Of a DNA stretch of 64,000 nucleotides, positions 32,552 through 46,400 are shown in pieces. Location: assembly GCA_051362555.1 (NCBI GenBank), contig CM120644.1, forward strand, positions 24,946,534-25,010,533, written 5' to 3'. A program made the position numbers and the translations under genes. Under the pieces are notes generated by a model, which saw only the letters and a list, made by a program, of their open reading frames with translations, did not search any database and had not been told where the DNA came from. Numbering within the stretch: position 1 is the stretch's first letter; each line of letters starts with the position of its first letter. Source of the DNA: Lingula anatina. Lineage: Eukaryota > Animalia > Brachiopoda.

Positions 32552-35136
32552 GTGACTTAGGGTGTGGCTGTCCCTGGGGATGGTACACATGTATATTACC
32601 GTAATTTATTTCATCTCCCCCTAGACCATTCGAATTAGGAACATGAGTCTTTGGTGCATGGTGGGCTACATTAGTGTGACTTGGGGTGTGGCCGTCCCTA
32701 GGGGGTGGAGTGATTAGTGGTTTGTCAGGCAATGAAGCTGATTCCATAGATTGCACTTAAGATTCCTTGCAGAGTTGGACCGACCCAGCTATTACTACAT
32801 CCTATGTGTGAATCTGATGGCGGTTTTCGAGTTAGGAAGGAAGGGGAAATGTAGAGAAAGCAGCAGACAGTACTAAATAACAGACCTTCAGTCGTATTCT
32901 TAAATATAGGTCAAGTTAATTAAAACCCATTCAAGACCCCATACTCTCAGGAATCCTAGGGTCCAAGTCCCATTGTTCTTTAACATAAAACACACATGTT
33001 AATTACTGCTCTTGGGAAATAAACATTTTGTTTTGTGTTAAGACACAACAGCAGTCAAACGCTAGGATTCCTGATAGAGTGTGTGGGGCCTTGAATTAGT
33101 TTTTAATTGGATTCCCTGACCTATATTTATGCATATGGCTGGAAGTCCATTTAGTTCTGTATGTACTTCTGCTGTTCTCTACATTTCTCAAGGACCCTTG
33201 CACATTCATTAAAATGACTGGTTCATCAATCTCCGTTTCATGTTCCTTAAAATTTAAGGGTATAGATGGCAGAAATAAAGTTGTGAAAAACAGAATCAAC
33301 CACCCCCCGGGATAGCCACACCTAAAATATCATACTAACATTCCCGGAAACCTATGCATATCCTCAATGGTAAGCTTATCAGCCCGGAAGGTTTCATGTT
33401 CCTAACTGTAATGGCGTAAGGGTAGAAGCACGAATAACGATGTAAAATTTAAAATCAACCTCTCCAGGGACGGCCACACCTAATGTCACAAAAACCCAGA
33501 AGGACCCATACACATACCCAAAGACAGATTTTTCAGTCTCCATAGCCTTACGTTCCCAGCTTTATTGGTCTTAAGGATAGATATAGCAGGAATAACAATG
33601 TCAATTACACTCAACCGCCCCCAGCCCCCCCCCCCCCCCCCCCAAAAAAAAAAAAAAAAATCCGAAGTGCCCTTCCACATTCAAAATAGTATGTGGCCAC
33701 GTTTCATGTTCCTAGCATAAAATCCGATGTAAAAATTAGAAAAGACCACCCCCAGGGTCGACCACACCCCAAGTCACAATTGAATTCCGAAGAGCCTGTG
33801 CAAATTCCTATAATGATAGGTTTATTAATCCCCGACGTATCAAGTTCTTAACTATGATGGTTTAGGAAGTAACAATGTGAAATAGATTATGTATGTATAT
33901 AATGAATTGTCCACCACAGGGAAAGCTTGACCAATGTAAGCGTACCTAGCCGAGACAACCCCGTCCCCATTCCAATTCTACCTCTATAGAACTTCACACT
34001 AGCTATTTATTGACTAAGAAAAAATTCTGGTTGCAAAATGCGTTCCGGTTGAAAAATTCGTTTTCACGATTTTCTTTGGTTGCAAAATGCGTTGCAGTTG
34101 CAAAATGCGGTTCTACACCAGTTTTATGAATCCCCAGTATTTCATTCTCCCCAACATCTATCTGGACAGTTGACCGTTTCAAATCATTCAGATTTCAGAC
34201 TTTCCGACCTAAGCGTTTTCATTAAGTATATAGGCCAGGAGGTCAATCTTTTTAAACGACCGAGATATTTTCTAAACATTTATGTTGCATATCAATAGAA
34301 AAGCCTATTTTTACAGCTTGTTATTGCAAGTCATAACATTTATGTCATAGTTACAAAGGAGATACTTCTATAACACGAATAATGGAATAGACGGTTTGTT
34401 AAAGATATTAATGTACACCTAGTGTGGAGCAAAATTAAAACCTCTCTGCCTAGTAGAGTTCTCTACCTACAGTGGAAAGACATACATTCTTGCTACTGTG
34501 TACTAGCCACATCTATAAACCTGCGCCGTCAATCAAACCACACATGGTCAGTTTTATGCCCTAGTTTAAAGGCAGGCAATGTGTTTATTTATACACTTCG
34601 TTTGTCTTACACATCTAGTGCCTTAGACCCGCCATGATTCAACGTCCAAATATTGTCAGTTTTTAATCGTCCTGAAATCTGAAAAATCTCAAAACTAAAT
34701 GGGTAAAACAAAAAACTAGCTTTATGCTTTCCGTCACTGGACCGGAGCTCTTGAAATAAAGTACATTATTTATAGAAGTTAATCTCACGGGTATCTACGA
34801 GAACATCTGAAAATAACAGCTTCATTAAACTCCAACGAGATAAAATACGCACTATCATGAGTAATGTTACCCTCCCCCCCCCCCCACACCCCCCATTTCA
34901 AATACACGCGTCACTCTGGAAATCATGGTCTAGAATGAAACTTCATATCGACCTTTACGCCTAATTTCCACATCCAACCAGAACTGAAACATGTTTGGAT
35001 ACAATGTACCATGAAGTGGTAATATACTACGAAGTCTCCTAAGGGTCCTTATTTTTTAACCAATGAAGTCGCCTTCTATCATGAAGTAGTAATTCTTATC
35101 CTATGAAGTGGTAATATACCATGAAGTATCTTAACA
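31374..35136. mobile_element. Nested TGT...ACA TIR element (Ginger-like ends)
   Basis: ~40-bp TIRs TGTTAAGATACTTCATGGTATATTACCACTTCAT; flanks TGCGTA / TGTGTA (6-bp duplication with one CpG transition); ACTTCAT subterminal repeats. Confidence 0.7.
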
Positions 35137-35505
35137 TGTGTATTTTCGCCACGTGGAAATGCGGCCACTTTGCTGTCAAATTCATCTCTAGGATTACTTT
35201 CAAACTACACAACAATAAAAGTCATAAAGAGAACGGGCGCCATCGTTTTGGATTGGTATGCCGTTGATATTGGTCATGGAGATATCACCTTTTTACAGTT
35301 GTGCGAAAGGCTGGCGGCGGCCGAAAAATTTCTGTGACATTCTGTACAAAGCAGCACATTAATACCAGGTTTTCTGTAGCGAAAAAAGGGTCGACAAGGG
35401 CGTCGAGGTATTAGGTGGGCTGAAGGTCGGACAGGCCACCTGACAGTTTGGATGCTTCGTGTGAGTTGAAGTAGACAAAATGGCATCGTCCGAAATGACC
35501 TTTAA

Positions 35506-36534
35506 CCCTTAAGTGACCGAGTGGGGTCATTTACGACCCCAGCCATATGATTTAATGTGCCATCTCTTTATTTTTTATTCGAATTTTCTTTCCTTGCATG
35601 AGTTTGTCAGTCTACTAATCCTACACACTTTCACAGTTTTTTGTAGGGATCAACCAATTAGTGTGGCGTATACATCAAAAACTCTTGTGGGGTCATTTAT
35701 GACCCCAAAGAGAAGCATTGGTTTTTACATATTAGTTTTTAAATTTTATTCAAATGTTTTGCCCACGCAACACTGACAGGAAAATGTCACATACATGTGC
35801 TTCATGCAACCAGCCAGTGTGCCCAAAACATAGGCACAAATAAGTGGTTTGTGAAGATTGTGCTTGAAGTGTTATATATAGTGCATTGCTGAATCTAATT
35901 TCAGTAGCTTTGTTGGAACTTGTTCTCATAACTGGGTCTCTCATTTTGACGGTTACAATTTTCAGGTATTTCGGAAATCTAAATAATTCTGTCGATATCA
36001 TATTATACATACATTAACAAATTGTGTGGATTTTGTTTTATACACAGATGCGGTAGTAACATACATGTAAGTTGATTGAATGTGTTCTGAGTAGTATGAC
36101 TTCCTTACCCGCATTAGGGTATTCCCTACTCAGCAAGTCAGCTAATTATTCTTATTGAAGTTAGCAGGATGCTATCTCAACATAAATCAAAATATTTTTA
36201 CTCAAAGTAATTTTGTAATGTACTTTTTTCATTTAGTGTGGCAAATAAAAAGAGAAATATTTCTGCAAGTGGAAACTGACAAGGACTGTCTAAATACCGG
36301 TGAATGTTGTTCTTAAAATCTGTGCTTGGTTATTTCATGCAATAAAAGTGTTATTACCAAATACTTATTACATTAGATCATTATAAAATACTTGTCTTAA
36401 ATCCTCGGAGTAGTATGGGTGTGAAAAAGCCTCAACAGCCTTTTATAATAAGGATCCCTGTACAGAGCACAATGGGGTCATAGATGACCCCACTTGGTCA
36501 TTTCAGTCAGTAAAATAGCTTGGTCTCTTGAGGG
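35506..36534 (+). mobile_element. Internally deleted piggyBac element
   Basis: TTAA-CCCT...AGGG-TTAA ends; remnant Cys-rich transposase C-terminus TDRKMSHTCASCNQPVCPKH...CEDCA at about 35770-35867. Confidence 0.88.
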
Positions 36535-39020
36535 TTAATAGATGTGGTAGTATTAAGCATATCTTTGCATCATTTTTTAAACATTTCTGTGAATTGTTCA
36601 AAATGCTTTAATATTCTGAGAATATAAATAAAGACACACTGTTTGATTGATATTTGTTTTATTGATTGCTATACCAACTGAATGCATGAAATAACCTTAA
36701 ATAGATTTGGTAATATGAAGTATATCTATTCATGACTTTTTTTTACATTTTTACGAAGTATTCACAATGCTTTAATATTTTGAGAGCATGGATATATAAT
36801 AAATATATAATAATAAGACATATTGTTAGTTTGATACGTGTTTCTGTGGTTAAATCTGTGTTTCCAGCTGTGTACTGACAGCATTCCTTTACTTAAGCAG
36901 TATTTTTTAAATTTTTTTGGACTGTTTTTTTTTTCGCCCTCTCGCACCGATTTTGGGGTACCCAGAGGATGTCATCCATAAAAATAAAAAAAGTGTGGCC
37001 TAGTATAAAATAACCACAGATCAGAGAAACAATGTAGTATAATCATAATTCATATGCAAAACCATAACTAAGTCCACATTATATACCTAATATTGATCTG
37101 ATTTAAGCAAGCCTTCATATATTCCATAATGTTTAGTATTTTAGGTTTTAATTATCCACAAAAAATACACATTAGGAAGCGTTACACTTATGCATAGAAA
37201 TATTTTGTGTAGAACCAAACGTTTAGACAAAACACAATTATTCACAAAAAATTGAAATGGTGCACCACCACAATTCAAGTATTCCTCTAGAACAAACTTT
37301 GTATGAACATTAATGAATACAATGTATAGAAACTCCAAGCCATATCTGCCTGCCCGCCTTAAAACAAGTTTTTCACATAAGTTTTGGACATTAATATATC
37401 TAAATTTCTTTAAGCAATGGCATGTATATGATTATAAGGGATAAGCCATATGTAATGAAATTCATCATAGTCACTTCTTTATTTTTACAGTTGAAACTCC
37501 CTTGGATAAAGCAGTTATAAAAATGATAATGTGTTTTGAAATTGAAAAGTTCTCCCCTGTTAAAAATGTGTCACCTCCCCCACATTTTTATACATAAAGT
37601 TCCAGAACCTGTCCCACCTGTTAGCCCTTCTAATGACCAGCGCGTGATCTTTACATCGTCATAAAAAATGTGTGAATACTTGGTGGAAAGATGATCACGC
37701 AAACAGAAAACAGAATATTTGTTGTTTTGGTTTCACTTTGGTAGGTTTATTTGCTGTTGTACAAATACATCAAATAAAAAAAAACATTTTTTCTAGGATT
37801 TGAATTTAAAGTTTTTGGTTAATTACTTTTTCCTGTGCCATTTTACTCATTGTAGTAAAAGTAACACTTTTCTTTTTTTTTTTTTTTTTTTTTTGGGGGG
37901 GGGGTATTTTCCTCTCCATCAATTCCCATAATCCATCATGTAAGAGCGTCTGTACAGATACTTAATCTCCTAATGTTCTAAGTAACCTTAAACATATCAT
38001 TTCGAAAGCAAAATTTTACTTGAACTAATCACATAACTTAATCTCCTAATGTTCTAAGTAAATGGTATTTAAAAGCTCAACCTTAAATATATCATTTCGA
38101 AAGCAAAATATTATATTAATGATTATATTAATATTAAAATGTGATGTATTTTAGGATTCTAAAACTCCAAACCTTCGTATTGTATAACACGCATATATAA
38201 GGTAAGCGAATGGTTATTATATTCTGAATATTTGAAATATAAAAATAATATTTTGTTCTCAATTGTACATTAGTAAACAATTATGTTAAATACATCGAGA
38301 TGTATGCAACATTTTCTCTCGTTTGCCTTATAGATTAACGTTCATCCCTGTTTCATCAATGAAAAGAACTTCGTGGCCGCCATTTCCCGCTGCAAATGAT
38401 AAAGGGATCCTTTCACTGTTTTGTAAATTCGCTCAAGGATCCCTTTATCATAAACATATACAGTTCAATGTAATATCAATCAGAAATATACAGCATAGCT
38501 ACCATACGACCTTTGTCTATACTAAAATAACTAGTTTCATCTCAAAGAGATGCTTGAAGTCTTATAAACTCTATATATGTGAATTTAATTTCAATCATGT
38601 TCATTCATAGAAACAAGACTCAGCATGTATGGCATTTTAAAGTAAACAGAGCAATAAAGCTATTATAATTCCATGTTTAGAGGAAACAGCCACTTATATG
38701 GATTTGGAATTATCTCCACATACAAATAAACCTATCAAAAAAGACTACTAAGACCATCATTCAATCCTGCATTTTGTTACCCAGAGTAACAGTTACACTG
38801 CCTAAATAAGATCAACACTCTAGCAGTGGTTTGCTGATTACCACATGTGTAAATTAGTCAGTGTCCATCGGTTCACTTGTGACATGTATACTAGCGCCCA
38901 GTTCTCGCAACGTAGGGACTATCCTAGAAACAATAGCTGATTTAAACTTAGTTTCATCGTGTTGAACTTCTGTATACATTCCAACCACTAAACCTATGAT
39001 TTTCGGGAAACCTTTTCATT

Positions 39021-40787
39021 TCACGAAACTGCTGCGCCAGAATCTCCTTCTCTAGCGAAATCACTGCATTCTGGTTTTGGGACACTAAACACTTCTATCA
39101 TGTTGAAGAAAGACAATCGACTATGGTTGTCGTACCGTGTGTAACCTACAAAGGATTCGCAAACTCTACCACATTCCCTATTATATACTATACTGGCAAC
39201 TGGTCTGCCAACTGACGAATCTGGAGGTTCAGAATACGCCCCAACCACATGATAGCAGGTTATAAAGGAAGCCGGTATAACTTCTCTGACCTGGGAATCA
39301 TCTGTGTTCGTGAAAACACCCAAACTTCCATACACATTTGTTCTGGACACACCTACAGGACAACCTATGAAAAGCTCACACGATGCTCCAACTTCACCCT
39401 TTTGTTCCCCGCTATCAGAGAAAAAATTGACTGAGCCTTCCTTAACAAGAATGGCATTATCCTCGAGTTGACTGGGGAACTCTGCTTTTTTCTCTTTCTC
39501 ATCGCAAGCTATCACAAAAGAAAAGAACTGACAGTTAAAATGCAAAAATGGAAATCAATACTTGATATCTGATGCTTTTTTATTAACATAATTTACAATT
39601 AACCATTTTTATAATTCAATTTATTTTAATTCGGGATATATGAATATTTCATTGGCCATAGGAAAAGCGAGGCAAGCCCCCCGTATCTAGATGATCTGAC
39701 CCCCGAGGTCAAATGATGCAAATGGGATGATTAATAGGCAACTTTCTCTGCTAAAATGAAATGCTTGTGCATTAATTTTTGTACATATCATGTTATGTAA
39801 ATCGCCTTATTATATTCTAGGTTTAATGATACCATATTCTAGGTTTAATAATAGGAGAGCTTGTCAGGATTTTTGAGGCCACGATTTCCAGACTTCACCA
39901 CACCTACATTTTGGAGCCTATGACTACATTTGGGTTTCAGAAATTCATTCACATGCACCTCTAGTATGGACACATACTTGACGCATAACTTACCAGTCAT
40001 TTTCTTTTTTGGATCATACACATTGCCTCTCATTCCCCCCTTCTCAACTTCATCTGACTGAAGACTTTGACTGAAAACAAATGAGAAGATAAATAGCTAA
40101 AAATATGTATACATACATAATATACAATACAATATTTTATAACAATTATAAACTAGAGAAGATAAAGGTGTATGTAAATGTACTTGACGTAAACTGCAAT
40201 AAGGAAATAATTTTCTCTCTGATATTAGTATCTCAGGGTTTGTGTAACGCCACAGGGTATGACTTCCAAAATTAAATATGTGAATGAAAAAATGTAAAAA
40301 CTCATACCTCTTGGCAAATGATTAATGTAGAATGTGTATTGTAAGAGGTATTTTCCATATACAAGTATTAAGTATTACATAACATGCCATATGATGTTTC
40401 ATTTGTAGGTTAGTAGTTAGAAGGCCTATACTTTATAATCATAAATCCCATTTTTATCCTTAAAGCCTTCGCAGACTCAGGTTAAGTGTTTGTTTCATAC
40501 TGAGTCACTAATTCAGTATTACCCAAGACTCTCGGCTAATTCACAACGGCCAGCCCTTGCTAACGCTTCCTTCAGCTTGTCTCGACGCTCTTCTTGGCTG
40601 CTAGCCCCCATTCCTTCTCTCCACTGAAACAGCATATTGCGAATCTGACCAAGTGCGTCACTGTGGAAGTTGAGTTTGAGATGATCTATCTGAGGTCTCT
40701 CCACTCCAAGATAGGCAGCTACTTCCTCCCACTCAAATCCAATATTTCTTGCAAGGTCACACACCAATTCATCAGGTGGATATACAG
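39021..40787 (-). CDS. Distal copy of the Roco2 3' cassette: death-domain exon 40523-40787, linker exon 39994-40070, trypsin-like peptidase exon 39021-39508 (out-of-frame tail to 38854)
   Basis: Phases 1-2-1 join in frame; FITCYHVV and FAREGDSGAAV motifs; may be pseudogenic. Confidence 0.65.
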
Positions 40788-41479
40788 CTAAGATATGAAA
40801 ATTAAAGAATAGAAATCGTTACACAATTAACAATATATAACAAGCAACATACACATTGTAATAGTGAATATTCATCTACAAAATCTGTTTCTTAGCATAC
40901 TGAAATAAATTTGGTCATTTTTTACTTAGATGTTATGCGTTTGCTTTCACTTTTAATCTAATTCAAACATAATAAATGCCTCTTTAAGCGTCGGTCGGTC
41001 GGGCTCTTACGGGCTGTTTGTGTCCAAATTTTGGGCAGAATCTCACGTCTCACGCAAGTCCTTCTTACGCAATTTCGAGTTTGCAGACAGCCCTTAAGCA
41101 CGTACGGAGGATGTTGGACATGTCCAAAAAATTATACGAATAAGCTGCGAACAGCGAGACCGCAAGCGAAACTTGCTCCCCTCGCACGGAGCAAGAGAGA
41201 CGCACGTTGTGCAAGACGCACGTCGCAAGCAATGGAGGAGCAAGTGCCCTTTGCGTGTTGAGCAAGGCGCACGCCCTTACAACCAAGGAACAAAGTCTAG
41301 AGAGCACATCGGTGTGGCAGGAGTGCACGTCCTAGTAACGCAAGTCCACCCTGGGGATGCAAGTCCAAAATTAGTACTAAGTGGCATAATCATGTGACCT
41401 AATAATAGGTGCCAGTCTACGATGCAAGGATTCATATAATTGTCTGATGCGTTCAGGGCTTATGCTGGCCCAAGCATGA

Positions 41480-42556
41480 AACACTGAATATTATAAAGTT
41501 TCTCTGCTGGTTCGACGAGCATTTGTCAAAAGTTTTGACATATCATTCCACACATTTTCTATATATTATGTTTGCATCCAGACTCTGGGCAGGCCACATC
41601 ACCCTGCGAGTGTCCTGTTGGTCAAACCAATCATCATCTGCTCTGGGCCTGTGACAAGGAGCATCGTCATCCTGGTGAACAAATGGATAATTCCTGTCAC
41701 CAAACATGTTAGTAATAGATGGTAGCAAGCCTGACTCCAAAACATCGATATGTTTCTAGTGATTCATGTTTCCATCAACCGCTATCAATTCGCCCACGAC
41801 ATTGATGTTGATGCAGCCCCACACCATGATGATGATGCTCCGGGTTCGAAAATTCAGTGCATATGGTACAAATGCTTTACCAGCAGTTCGCCAGCATCGA
41901 ACCCGTCACCAAAGCGACACTCATCAGAAAAAAAATATATATAGGACCAATTGTCATGGACTGTCCAGTTCCAGATCCTGTTGACCCTAGTTCACTCTAC
42001 GTTGCCTGTCTGGTAACGATATAAGAGGTTTCACTCTTGCTACCCTTCTATACACTCTCTGGGCTTGTAACCGACGCTTAGCAATTTTCACAGACACGTT
42101 CTTATGTGTGAAATTTTTCCACTGTGTTGTCAACTGACAAGCAGTGTCAAACTTTGACAACCCGGACATCAAAATCAGTCGTCGGTCTTCACGGCCAGTA
42201 GTTTTTTGGACGACCCATCAGAGGCAATTTGTCTCTTGATCCAGTGTTTCTATACCGAGACCAGACCCTCTGCACGGTTCTGACTGAACAATTCAATTGT
42301 ATCGATATTCTGGCATTGCTTATATTCCGCCTCTTGACGCCTATAACCGTTAGATAATTGACTGTATCTTGCCATATAGGAGGAAGAAAGGAATAACATT
42401 TGCCGTACATGTACAAAACCAACAATACAATTCCATGGTACAGCGGTTTTATACTCATTAGTCACATTATAAGTAGAATCGCCATTATAACTACCCAAGA
42501 TCTGCCTACTTTTATTACTCCGATTTAGGGGGTGACACTTCTATTGTCCAGTGTGA
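41480..42556 (-). mobile_element. Degenerate Tc1/mariner transposon (duplicated copy)
   Basis: HTH ISIQLNCSVRTVQRVW, GRPK, FFSDE, MVWGC, QDDDAPCH and WPAQSLDANII motifs across frameshifts; TIR CACACTGGACAATAG; left boundary approximate. Confidence 0.88.
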
Positions 42557-42730
42557 TATAATGAACGTCCACAAAAATATAATAAACGTTTGCTTTATTT
42601 TATTCATATGACATTTTATCTTTATATTTTAGAATCTTTTCCGATAGGCATTTGAGGTATATGTACAGTGTATATTATTTCATGTCCTTTTCTACTAGGG
42701 TGTACCTTTTGTGTTTTGCGTCGAAATTCT

Positions 42731-42767
<37 letters not shown>

Positions 42768-43438
42768 GCAAAACCTTATTCCTTGCCATTTGAGGCGGTA
42801 TAAGTTCTGCCATTTTTTCTCTTTCGTTCACATGCTCATTTAATTTTAGTAGGAAGTGCACTTCTGTTTCAACATCATTGCAATGTCGACATTTTCGGTT
42901 TTCTTCTGGTTTTCTTCTGGTTTTCGGCCTTTGTCTATACTAAAATAACTAGTTTCATCTCAAAGAGATGCTTAAAGTCTTATAAACTCTATATATGTGA
43001 ATTTAATTTCAATCATGATCCTTCACAGAAACAAGACTCAGCATGTATGGCATTTTAAAGTAAACAGAGCAATAAAGCTATTATAATTCCATGTTTAGAG
43101 GAAACAGCCACTTATATGGATTTGGAATTATCTCCACATACAAATAAACCTATCAAAAAAGACTACTAAGACCATCCTTCAATCCTGCATTTTGTTACCA
43201 AGAGTAACAGTTACACTGCCTAAATAAGATCAACACTCTAGCAGTGGTTTGCTGATTACCACATGTGTAAATTAGTCAGTGTCCATCGGTTCACTTGTGA
43301 CATGTATACTAGCGCCCAGTTCTCGCAACGTAGGGACTATCCTAGAAACAATAGCTGATTTAAACTTAGTTTCATCGTGTTGAACTTCTGTATACATTCC
43401 AACCACTAAACCTATGATTTTCGGGAAACCTTTTCATT

Positions 43439-46400
43439 TCACGAAACTGCTGCGCCAGAATCTCCTTCTCTAGCGAAATCACTGCATTCTGGTTTTGGGA
43501 CACTAAACACTTCTATCATGTTGAAGAAAGACAATCGACTATGGTTGTCGTACCGTGTGTAACCTACAAAGGATTTGCAAACTCTACCACATTCCCTATT
43601 ATATACTCTACTGGCAACTGGTCTGCCAACTGACGAATCTGGAGGTTCAGAATACGCCCCAACCACATGATAGCAGGTTATAAAGGAATCCGGTTTAACT
43701 CTGACCTGGGAATCATCTGTGTTCGTGAAAACACCCAAACTTCCATACACATTTGTTTTGGACACACCTACAGGGCAACCTATGAAAAGCTCACACGATG
43801 CTCCAACTTCACCCTTTTGTTCCCCGCTATCAGAGAAAAAATTGACTGAGCCTTCCTTAACAAGAATGGCATAATCCTCGAGTTGACTGGGGAACTCTGC
43901 TTTTTTCTCTTTGTCATCACAAGCTATCACAAAAGAAAAGAACTGACAGTTAAAATGCAAAAATGGAAATCAATACTTGATATCTGATGCTTTTTTATTA
44001 ACATAATTTACAATTAACCTTTTTTATAATTCAATTTATTTTAATTCGGGATATATGAATATTTCATTGGCCATAGGAAAAGCGAGGCAAGCCCCCCGTA
44101 TCTAGATGATCTGACCCCCGAGGTCAAATGATGCAAATGGGATGATTAATAGGCAACTTTCTCTGCTAAAATGAAATGCTTGTGCATTAATTGTTGTACA
44201 TATCATGTTATGTAAATCGCCTTATTATATTCTAGGTTTAATGATACCATATTCTAGGTTTAATAATAGGAGAGCTTGTCAGGATTTTCGAGGCCACGAT
44301 TTCCAGACTTCACCACACCTACATTTTGGAGCCTATGACTACATTTGGGTTTCAGAAATTCATTCACATGCACCTCTAGTATGGACACATACTTGACGCA
44401 TAACTTACCAGTCATTTTCTTTTTTGGATCATACACATTGCCTCTCATTTCCCCCTTCTCAACTTCATCTGACTGAAGACTTTGACTGAAAACAAATGAG
44501 AAGATAAATAGCTATAAATATGTATTCATACATAATATACAATACAATATTTTATAACAATTATAAACTAGAGAAGATAAAGGTGTATGTAAATGTACTT
44601 GACGTAAACTGCAATAAGGAAATAATTTTCTCTCTGATATTAGTATCTCAGGGTTTGTGTAACGCCACAGGGTATGACTTCCAAAATTAAATATGTGAAT
44701 GAAAAAATGTAAAAACTCATACCTCTTGGCAAATGATTAATGTAGAATGTGTATTGTAAGAGGTATTTTCCATATACAAGTATTAAGTATTACATAACAT
44801 GCCATATGATGTTTCATTTGTAGGTTAGTAGTTAGAAGGCCTATACTTTATAATCATAAATCCCATTTTTATCCTTAAAGCCTTCGCAGACTCAGGTTAA
44901 GTGTTTGTTTCATACTGAGTCACTAATTCAGTATTACCCAAGACTCTCGGCTAATTCACAACGGCCAGCCCTTGCTAACGCTTCCTTCAGCTTGTCTCGA
45001 CGCTCTTCTTGGCTGCTAGCCCCCATTCCTTCTCTCCACTGAAACAGCATATTGCGAATCTGACCAAGTGCGTCACTGTGGAAGTTGAGTTTGAGATGAT
45101 CTATCTGAGGTCTCTCCACTCCAAGATAGGCAGCTACTTCCTCCCACTCAAATCCAATATTTCTTGCAAGGTCACACACCAATTCATCAGGTGGATATAC
45201 AGCTAAGATATGAAAATTAAAGAATAGAAATCGTTACACAATTAACAATATATAACAAGCAACATACACATTGTAATAGTGAATATTCATCTACAAAATC
45301 TGTTTCTTAGCATACTGAAATAAATTTGGTCATTTTTTACTTAGATGTTATGCGTTTGCTTTCACTTTTAATCTAATTCAAACATAATAAATGCCTCTTT
45401 AAGCGTCGGTCGGTCGGGCTCTTACGGGCTGTTTGTGTCCAAATTTTGGGCAGAATCTCACGTCTCACGCAAGTCCTTCTTACGCAATTTCGAGTTTGCA
45501 GACAGCCCTTAAGCACGTACGGAGGATGTTGGACATGTCCAAAAAATTATACGAATAAGCTGCGAACAGCGAGACCGCAAGCGAAACTTGCTCCCCTCGC
45601 ACGGAGCAAGAGAGACGCACGTTGTGCAAGACGCACGTCGCAAGCAATGGAGGAGCAAGTGCCCTTTGCGTGTTGAGCAAGGCGCACGCCCTTACAACCA
45701 AGGAACAAAGTCTAGAGAGCACATCGGTGTGGCAGGAGTGCACGTCCTAGTAACGCAAGTCCGCCCTGGGGATGCAAGTCCAAAATTAGTACTAAGTGGC
45801 ATAATCATGTGACCTAATAATAGGTGCCAGTCTACGATGCAAGGATTCATATAATTGTCTGATGCGTTCAGGGCTTATGCTGGCCCAAGCATGAAACACT
45901 GAATATTATAAAGTTTCTCTGCTGGTTCGACGAGCATTTGTCAAAAGTTTTGACATATCATTCCACACATTTTCTATATATTATGTTTGCATCCAGACTC
46001 TGGGCAGGCCACATCACCCTGCGAGTGTCCTGTTGGTCAAACCAATCATCATCTGCTCTGGGCCTGTGACAAGGAGCATCGCCATCCTGGTGAACAAATG
46101 GATAATTCCTGTCACCAAACATGTTAGTAATAGATGGTAGCAAGCCTGACTCCAAAACATCGATATGTTTCTAGTGATTCATGTTTCCATCAACCGCTAT
46201 CAATTCGCCCACGACATTGATGTTGATGCAGCCCCACACCATGATGATGCTGCTCCGGGTTCGAAAATTCAGTGCATATGGTACAAATGCTTTACCAGCA
46301 GTTCGCCAGCATCGAACCCGTCACCAAAGCGACACTCATCAGAAAAAAAATATATATAGGACCAATTGTCATGGACTGTCCAGTTCCAGATCCTGTTGAC

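Larger units (their letters stand above)
31199..37000. mobile_element. 5.8-kb composite TIR element (Zator- or Harbinger-like ends) hosting nested insertions
   Basis: ~35-bp TIRs GGCCACACTTTTTTTA(A/T)TTTTATGGATGACATCCT with a 3-bp TAG duplication on both sides. Confidence 0.8.

Noticed and set aside
30972-37338. Two short similar ORFs (LEYLYCGGA and EEYLNCGGA) as a small gene family
   Set aside because: Similarity is limited to about 40 nt of an old local duplication in probable 3' flank; no splice or domain support
39021-39508. Positive selection on the peptidase exon between the duplicated copies
   Set aside because: The adjacent non-coding 38510-38850 is similarly diverged (about 6 differences in 340 bp), so a divergence gradient or gene conversion explains it equally well
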